Virus record (IMG/VR): IMGVR_UViG_3300005512_000228
Location: 1-29,832 of that record
Source: a virus
Taxonomy: Duplodnaviria > Caudoviricetes
Direction: 5' to 3' (one strand)
Length of the DNA stretch: 29,832 bases
The position numbers and the translations under genes are program-made. How positions within the stretch are numbered: the stretch's first letter is position 1; each line of letters begins with the position of its first letter. Below the pieces are notes generated by a model, which had not been told where the DNA came from, ran no database searches, and worked only from the letters and a program-made list of their open reading frames with translations. Shown in pieces: positions 24,465 to 29,832 of the stretch.

Positions 24465-25373
24465 TTAGGCTCCAGGAGAACCAAAAACACAGCGTGGGTC
24501 GGAAACACCGAAGCTGTAACGCTCACGAGCTTTGTAGCGAACATTACCTGTTTCGAAATCGCCTTCCATGCTGTTTTGCATTGGAGTCCGAACAAAATGC
24601 TTGAAGCCGTTAGGCGCATCCGTTTTAATGAAGAACGCATCTGTATCGGTCAGGAAGTGGTTAACCACATAACCGTCAGGAAGCATACCCATGTTACGGA
24701 TAGCATTGATGTCATTGTCTGCAGTCGCAGGACGCAGATTAGATGCCATCAAACGCTCGGCAACAAACTGGAGGTTGGTAGGAATGATCAACTTCATACC
24801 ACGAAGTGCGATCTTAAGACCACGCTCGTCAATGAAGTTAGAAATGTCGATCAGTGACTGCTCAAGCGATGTTTCGTTGAGGTCAGCCGCAGTTGACAGT
24901 TCATTCCGGAAGTTACCGCCACCAACAGTCGGGTGATCAGTAGCACACAATTCCTTACCATCGCCAATAGCAAAGTTGCTATCAAACGCATTGTTAAGGA
25001 TTGAGGCCGCTTTCACCTGTTTGGTGTTTGCCATAGAACGAGCCAGCGCACGAGTGTAACGCGAGCTGAGGCGGTCATAGAGGTTATCCTCTACAGCTTC
25101 CTCAGTGATCGCAAACGCCAGTGCCACAGTTTCGTGTGTATAGCGAGCGGTAAATGCTTCGTTAGCTGAATCGTAGCTAACAGCCGCACCTTCACCTTTT
25201 GTTGGAGCTTGACCGAAGCCAGCAAGCATCACTTCTTCTTCAAAAGCCCGATCAGAATTTTCGGTCTCATAAATTTCAGCGTGCTCGTTGTCGTACCGAT
25301 CGTACTCCATACCGAACAGAGCGTTAAGTCCAGGCTCAAGCTCTTTTAGCAGTTGTGCTCTTGAAATAGCCAT
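24465..25373 (-). CDS. major capsid protein (Mu gpT-like family, HK97 fold expected)
   Basis: 302 aa; MAISRAQLLKELEPGLNALFG, FAITEEAVEDNLY, DFETGNVRYKARERYSFG; GGAGG RBS; downstream terminator. Confidence 0.9.
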   Translation of the reverse strand: MAISRAQLLKELEPGLNALFGMEYDRYDNEHAEIYETENSDRAFEEEVMLAGFGQAPTKGEGAAVSYDSANEAFTARYTHETVALAFAITEEAVEDNLYDRLSSRYTRALARSMANTKQVKAASILNNAFDSNFAIGDGKELCATDHPTVGGGNFRNELSTAADLNETSLEQSLIDISNFIDERGLKIALRGMKLIIPTNLQFVAERLMASNLRPATADNDINAIRNMGMLPDGYVVNHFLTDTDAFFIKTDAPNGFKHFVRTPMQNSMEGDFETGNVRYKARERYSFGVSDPRCVFGSPGA

Positions 25374-25386
25374 CTACGAACCCTCC

Positions 25387-26004
25387 TTAGACGCCAGCAC
25401 CAGTACCGTTAGCACCATAACGATAGAAGTGGTTGTTAAGCATCACGATCGCTAGACGACCTGGAACAGTCGCATCATCGTTTGAAGGGGAATCTTCAAA
25501 ACCGATAATACGCAGATTCAGGGTGTTAGTCGTATTTGCTGTTGATACAGCCAGTTCAGCAGACGACTTACCAGTCGTCGCATCGCCAGATGTACCGCTT
25601 GCAAAATTAGCGTTCGCGTGAACAAGTGTATCAGCCGCCGCCGCATCACAATTGATGAGGAAGAGCTGATCAGGGTGAGCCGCAATCACAGCAGTCGCTT
25701 CAGTCCCGCTCTTTACAGAGGCAGTTCCTGGCCACTTGTTTGTCCAAACGGGAGTACCGTTAAGATCAGTGTAATTACAACCCATAAACGCACCGAGGAG
25801 GGGTACAGTACCACCAGCCGCCGCACCTACAATATCCACAAGACCATTGGCAAGAGGAATAACAGGCGTACCTTCATAAATTACAGAAGATGTACCAGCC
25901 GTTCCTGAAGTCTGGATTTTGAAGGTCATCAAGCCGTTGGTGTTTGCACCAGCCCCGAGCATCTTGTACGGACGTAGTCCGAAAGCAGCATCAATATTTG
26001 CCAT
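25387..26004 (-). CDS. putative minor capsid/cement protein
   Basis: 205 aa; MANIDAAFGLRP, GAFMGCNYTD, LRIIG; directly upstream of the capsid gene. Confidence 0.7.
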   Translation of the reverse strand: MANIDAAFGLRPYKMLGAGANTNGLMTFKIQTSGTAGTSSVIYEGTPVIPLANGLVDIVGAAAGGTVPLLGAFMGCNYTDLNGTPVWTNKWPGTASVKSGTEATAVIAAHPDQLFLINCDAAAADTLVHANANFASGTSGDATTGKSSAELAVSTANTTNTLNLRIIGFEDSPSNDDATVPGRLAIVMLNNHFYRYGANGTGAGV

Positions 26005-26018
26005 GCTCTAAGATCCTT

Positions 26019-26477
26019 CTAATTTTCGGAGCCACCTTTAGCCCCGAAGGTTACACGAGATTGCCTATCTGGTTTAAGGATAGGCATCGAACTATGCTCT
26101 TCCCGGAACAAATCGTTATCAACAGCTTGCATTTGATCTGAGGTTTTACCACGGAAATATGCGTCACGCTCTTGTTTAGATTCAATAGGGAAACGAGCTA
26201 AAAGTAGACCACCCACTCCTATGACTCCCGCGTGTTTACCGTCTTGGACGGTAGGGGCTTCAAAGTCGGGGTACTCATCAGCGCGAACTAAATCAAAGCC
26301 TTCGCGGAGGCGAGCTGAAAGGTTCTTTTTGTCATCCTGACCCATAACTGATTCACGGATCCAGCGGTGAACAAAACCTTCCGGTGCTGGGGGTGCATCC
26401 AATGTGGATGGTGGTTGCCAAGGTTTGCGGCGTGAGTCTTTCTCACGAGTTTGTGCAGTGCGTGGGGTACGATCCAT
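26019..26477 (-). CDS. conserved head-module protein
   Basis: Likely ATG at 26477 after AAGGA (track start 26492); WQPPSTLDAP, HRWIR, LREG, GVGGLLLAR. Confidence 0.7.
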   Translation of the reverse strand: MDRTPRTAQTREKDSRRKPWQPPSTLDAPPAPEGFVHRWIRESVMGQDDKKNLSARLREGFDLVRADEYPDFEAPTVQDGKHAGVIGVGGLLLARFPIESKQERDAYFRGKTSDQMQAVDNDLFREEHSSMPILKPDRQSRVTFGAKGGSEN

Positions 26478-26488
26478 GATCTTGTCCT

Positions 26489-27376
26489 TCACGAGTTTAA
26501 GCGAGCAAGTTGCTTCGCGTATTGTTCATAACTTACACCAAGTTTATCAGCTATTGCAACCTGAGAAGGAGTGAGCTTGATTTTTTTGCTCTGAACCTTA
26601 CCCGAAGAGCGTGAAGCTGGGGCTACTGGTGACCTAGAATTTGAGTTGCTGGGTTTAGCTTCCCCGAACTTATGCGGGAACTCACTACGCATACGACGAT
26701 CCAACTCTTCGTAATACTCATCACTATTCGGATCGAAGTATTCTGTTTCTACCAACCGCTTATGGATGCTAAACGCTGTTAGCGTCATAGGCTCATCTTG
26801 GCCAAACCACTCATTACGCTCTGCCCATGCCCGTGCTTTAGGATCTGGTTGGGCAGGAGTTTGTGATTGTGATTGAGGTTGACCCTGTGTTTGAGGCTTA
26901 ACTTTTCGCTGTTCAAACTCTTGTTTTGCAACCGTCAACCGCTCTGTTTCAATAGCAAGTTTAGCAAGTTGCTTTTGCGCTTCTATCTGGCCATCTACAT
27001 CGCCAGAGTTAATTGCATTAGTGAGTTTGGATTTTAAAATCTCTTCTTGCGTATTTACACGCTGATCATACTCCGAGAGATAGGACTCATCAATTTGACT
27101 AGATCTAGTCTTTAAATCCTCCATTTGCTTTTGCACAGATTTGGCATAATCTGTAGCGGCTCTCTCGCGGCGTTCAGCCTCACGCATTTTATAGGTTAAC
27201 TTTTCAATGCGCTTTTTTACTTTATCACTGTAACCCTCAAGATCGTCATCAGAAGCTTCGTCTGATGCGGCCTGTTCAGGTTCTTCGGTAGATTCTTGTG
27301 TCTCTACCTCTTGGTCTTGCTCCAGTTCTACCTCTACGGCATCCTCGAGTTCTTCAGCTTTCTTAGCCTCTGGCAT
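26489..27376 (-). CDS. capsid scaffolding protein (putative)
   Basis: 295 aa; acidic N-terminus, long coiled coil, C-terminal LTPSQVAIADKLGVSYEQYAKQ helix pair; upstream of capsid genes. Confidence 0.75.
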   Translation of the reverse strand: MPEAKKAEELEDAVEVELEQDQEVETQESTEEPEQAASDEASDDDLEGYSDKVKKRIEKLTYKMREAERRERAATDYAKSVQKQMEDLKTRSSQIDESYLSEYDQRVNTQEEILKSKLTNAINSGDVDGQIEAQKQLAKLAIETERLTVAKQEFEQRKVKPQTQGQPQSQSQTPAQPDPKARAWAERNEWFGQDEPMTLTAFSIHKRLVETEYFDPNSDEYYEELDRRMRSEFPHKFGEAKPSNSNSRSPVAPASRSSGKVQSKKIKLTPSQVAIADKLGVSYEQYAKQLARLNS

Positions 27377-27388
27377 AACTCACTCCTG

Positions 27389-27820
27389 TTATGTGTGCAA
27401 GATGTCTTCTGGATTATTTATAGTAGCCAGAATCTCATCATCGTTTAGAAGACGGACTTCACCGCCATCTATTTTAAAGCGACTTCCAGCATATCTACCA
27501 AAAATCACCCAATCACCTTCCTTACACCATGCTCCTGTTTCCCCAAATTTATCAGGATCTTTATAGGCAAGCGGTCCAACTTTAAGCACATAACCACATA
27601 CGGTGGCTAATGCCTCACGCTCAACTGCTTGGTCTGGAAGGTAAACGCCGCCTTCAGTTTTCTTTTTGCCTTTATAGGGCAAAATCAAAATACGCCAGCC
27701 TGTTGGCTGTGGCATTTTTTCAACTGCTGGGGCTTGGGGGGAAGGGGTTGCTTCAGCTTCTTGAGCTTTAGCCTGTTGCGCTTTCGCGATGTACTCGGGT
27801 ACATAAAGAGTTTTACTCAT
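27389..27820 (-). CDS. groES: co-chaperonin GroES (Cpn10) homologue
   Basis: PTGWRILI, mobile loop KTEGGVYLP, VLKVGP, KEGDWVIFGRYAG, LLNDDEILA follow the GroES pattern; ~35-aa N-terminal extension. Confidence 0.9.
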   Translation of the reverse strand: MSKTLYVPEYIAKAQQAKAQEAEATPSPQAPAVEKMPQPTGWRILILPYKGKKKTEGGVYLPDQAVEREALATVCGYVLKVGPLAYKDPDKFGETGAWCKEGDWVIFGRYAGSRFKIDGGEVRLLNDDEILATINNPEDILHT

Positions 27821-28004
27821 GTTCCACCTTTTTTAGCAGGGCTTGTAGCTCCTGTTCAATGTTGGCAAGTTCTGCAAGACGAGCTCGCAGTTCCTTGAAT
27901 GCAGAAAAATCTTCTATTTGGCCTTCAAGTAATTGTTGTCCAAGAAGCTCTTTCCGTTCTCGTATTATATTACGGAGTTTTTCGTGAATGTAAAGGTCTG
28001 ACAT
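27813..28004 (-). CDS. small coiled-coil hypothetical protein
   Basis: 63 aa, helical; abuts the holin stop and overlaps the GroES start. Confidence 0.65.
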   Translation of the reverse strand: MSDLYIHEKLRNIIRERKELLGQQLLEGQIEDFSAFKELRARLAELANIEQELQALLKKVEHE

Positions 28005-28400
28005 CTATTTTGTGACCTTTTTTACTTTTTCAAAAGTGCGGAGGCCACCAAGACCAAGCATACCCATCAATACCGTCATAAGCGAACCCATGTCAAACTC
28101 GGGCAACTCTGGTATTTCTACCCCTGCCCATGACACACCAAACATAATCAAAGGATTCAAAACAAAATGGTAGGCCAACGCAATACCGCAAGTCCAACCA
28201 ATAAAAGGACGCCAACCAGCTACAAACAAACTGCGGTGCTGTGCCTCCATTTTATTGACTTCAACTTGTGCCATTGCCGCTTCATGCGCGGCTTTTTCTG
28301 CCATAGTCGCAATTTCATGCGCCATAGCATTTTTAGCATCTTTATCTTCAATAAATTTATCCAGTATGCCCGTCACTGGACCGATTAACGCCTGTAACAT
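28005..28400 (-). CDS. holin, 3-TM (GTA-holin-like) family
   Basis: 131 aa; GWRPFIGW motif, hydrophobic segments, C-terminal MLGLGGLRTFEK plus basic tail; GGAGG RBS. Confidence 0.8.
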   Translation of the reverse strand: MLQALIGPVTGILDKFIEDKDAKNAMAHEIATMAEKAAHEAAMAQVEVNKMEAQHRSLFVAGWRPFIGWTCGIALAYHFVLNPLIMFGVSWAGVEIPELPEFDMGSLMTVLMGMLGLGGLRTFEKVKKVTK

Positions 28401-28409
28401 ATTTACCTC

Positions 28410-28637
28410 CTAGTAAACTTTAACAGAGTCTTCCCTTATGTGCTTGGGTACGCAATACGCTGTTACCCTATCCCTTGCATCCATTCTATCATAATACTGA
28501 TAGTTACCATATCGTTTGGCAAGGTTTTTCGCATACCAATTACATTCTTCGAGGCTACGAAAGTACATATCATTACTAATTAATTGTCGTTCGTCTCCCG
28601 TACCTAAATACACCAATAACAAAAAGACATGGATCAC
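28410..28637 (-). CDS. hypothetical protein
   Basis: 75 aa; GTG start in a GTGA overlap; hydrophobic N-terminus, F..LEEC...YCVP. Confidence 0.6.
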   Translation of the reverse strand: MIHVFLLLVYLGTGDERQLISNDMYFRSLEECNWYAKNLAKRYGNYQYYDRMDARDRVTAYCVPKHIREDSVKVY

Positions 28638-28783
28638 TTATGCACTTTATCAACTTTAAATTTCGCCGTTTTTGACGCTCCTTTATGAGGAGCATAACCA
28701 CCTTTAGGGTCACGCATAAGCGAGTACCCTGCGCCTTTTTTCATCCAATGGTAGCCTTTAGGGGCTTTAACCAGTTTAGCCAT
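28634..28783 (-). CDS. 49-aa basic peptide (not in ORF track)
   Basis: Hand translation MAKLVKAPKGYHWMKKGAGYSLMRDPKGGYAPHKGASKTAKFKVDKVHK*; GAGGG RBS; overlaps both neighbours and fills the gap. Confidence 0.75.
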   Translation of the reverse strand: MAKLVKAPKGYHWMKKGAGYSLMRDPKGGYAPHKGASKTAKFKVDKVHK

Positions 28784-28982
28784 GATGTTTACCCTCATGG
28801 TTCATCCACACTGCAAATGCACCTGTCATAGCCCCTGTCACAACAGACACTAAACCCGCCTGAGCATTGCTTGGATCTTCAAGCGACATAAACCACTCCA
28901 CAACCCGCCATGACATTAGTGTCATCACCAACATCATAAAGCGGGGCAGGATTTTCCATTTAAGGAAGGTTTCTACACTCAT
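28776..28982 (-). CDS. small two-TM membrane protein
   Basis: 68 aa; two hydrophobic helices joined by SLEDPSNAQ; ATGA overlap. Confidence 0.7.
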   Translation of the reverse strand: MSVETFLKWKILPRFMMLVMTLMSWRVVEWFMSLEDPSNAQAGLVSVVTGAMTGAFAVWMNHEGKHHG

Positions 28983-29272
28983 CGGACGCCTACAAATTTT
29001 GTGCCGCGCAACGCCGCACCACCACCTCGGCTAACACCGCGCTTAGTCGCACGGTTGCTTGTAGCATTCATACGAGCTTTATTGGCCATGCCGCCGTTTT
29101 TCATCTTAAGTTTTTTGCCTTTACCAGCCATGCCGCCATAGGCTTGGCCTTCACGGTCATCACCCATTTGGAAAAGCTCAGCTTCAATTTCAATGATTTT
29201 ATCGTCATCTTCGTTTTGACGAGCATCATCCAAAAGCTGAAGCAGTTGTTCTCTTCGGTTATCTTTAGCCAT
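28979..29272 (-). CDS. small protein, acidic N-half and basic Gly-rich C-half
   Basis: 97 aa; QAYGG and MKNGG motifs, C-terminal RGGGAALRGTKF; AAGGAG RBS. Confidence 0.7.
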   Translation of the reverse strand: MAKDNRREQLLQLLDDARQNEDDDKIIEIEAELFQMGDDREGQAYGGMAGKGKKLKMKNGGMANKARMNATSNRATKRGVSRGGGAALRGTKFVGVR

Positions 29273-29289
29273 AGCAATATCTCCTTGGG

Positions 29290-29832
29290 CTACTTGAGTT
29301 TACCTAACATTTTATCTATAAAAGCCTTGGGGCTATCATAGTTGTAATTACCTTGGGCATCTATAGTGTACCCTAAACCCTCGTTTTCTTCTGAGTCTTC
29401 CGACTCATCGTCACCCTCTACACCAATACCCAATTTACCAGCAAGCATATTGCCTAAACCTATTCCGGCACTCACAGGGCTGGGAACATTTTGCATCAAA
29501 CTAGGAACATTGGCAAGAATTCCTAAAGGTGTCGCCCCTCCAGGAACAAGCTGGTTATAGATATTTTCCATTAAAGTATTACGGGGCGAGCCAGAACCAT
29601 AATTAGTCAACATCGTGTTGAAAAAAGTAGAGGGGTTGTTATAGTAATATTGACCGCCTACATCTTGATACTGCGTTGCATAATTTTGCAAAAACTTATC
29701 AGCTTCTTGATTGCCTCCACCAAAACTATAAGTAGGACCAAAACCTTTTATAGAACCCCCCAACATATCAGCGGCAAGGGTGTTCACAAAAGTGTCACCA
29801 AAAATATTGACACCCATTTTTTCGGCTTTAGC
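29290..29832 (-). CDS. hypothetical protein, probably 5'-truncated by the window edge
   Basis: Frame stays open upstream of the ATG at 29817 (gct aaa gcc gaa aaa atg) up to the window end; Gly/Asn-rich with an acidic patch. Confidence 0.55.
   Translation of the reverse strand, partial: AKAEKMGVNIFGDTFVNTLAADMLGGSIKGFGPTYSFGGGNQEADKFLQNYATQYQDVGGQYYYNNPSTFFNTMLTNYGSGSPRNTLMENIYNQLVPGGATPLGILANVPSLMQNVPSPVSAGIGLGNMLAGKLGIGVEGDDESEDSEENEGLGYTIDAQGNYNYDSPKAFIDKMLGKLK

Noticed and set aside
24383-24640. 85-aa - strand ORF crossing the capsid stop, a possible frameshift extension
   Set aside because: It runs through the strong terminator, and I saw no clear slippery sequence near the capsid 3' end.

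Overview
The window is a gene-dense piece of a tailed dsDNA bacteriophage genome (Caudoviricetes, probably short-tailed/podovirus-like, with the gene content of uncultured marine phages; this assignment is inference). One + strand SNF2-type helicase (135-1571) converges on a tightly coupled - strand morphogenesis region. In transcription order (right to left) it holds: small membrane proteins including a 3-TM holin, a GroES co-chaperonin, scaffold, major capsid protein with terminator and a structured RNA leader, a cluster of very basic small proteins, neck/adaptor proteins, a collagen-like fibre abutting a 2OG-Fe(II) prolyl-hydroxylase-like gene, a 22-aa repeat protein, a second fibre with three tandem paralogous tip-like proteins, a tail nozzle protein, several internal/ejection proteins and a T4-type lysozyme. 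I saw no terminase, portal, integrase, tRNA or CRISPR array. I found three short ORFs missing from the supplied track (21500-21664, 21896-22042, 28634-28783). The best leads are a collagen fibre/prolyl hydroxylase pair, short peptide motifs shared across internal virion proteins (GIx[S/T/G/Q]L and MxxGG), a protamine-like protein cluster, two RBS-sequestering RNA structures and strong apparent avoidance of GCWGC. All family names come from motif recognition, not database searches.
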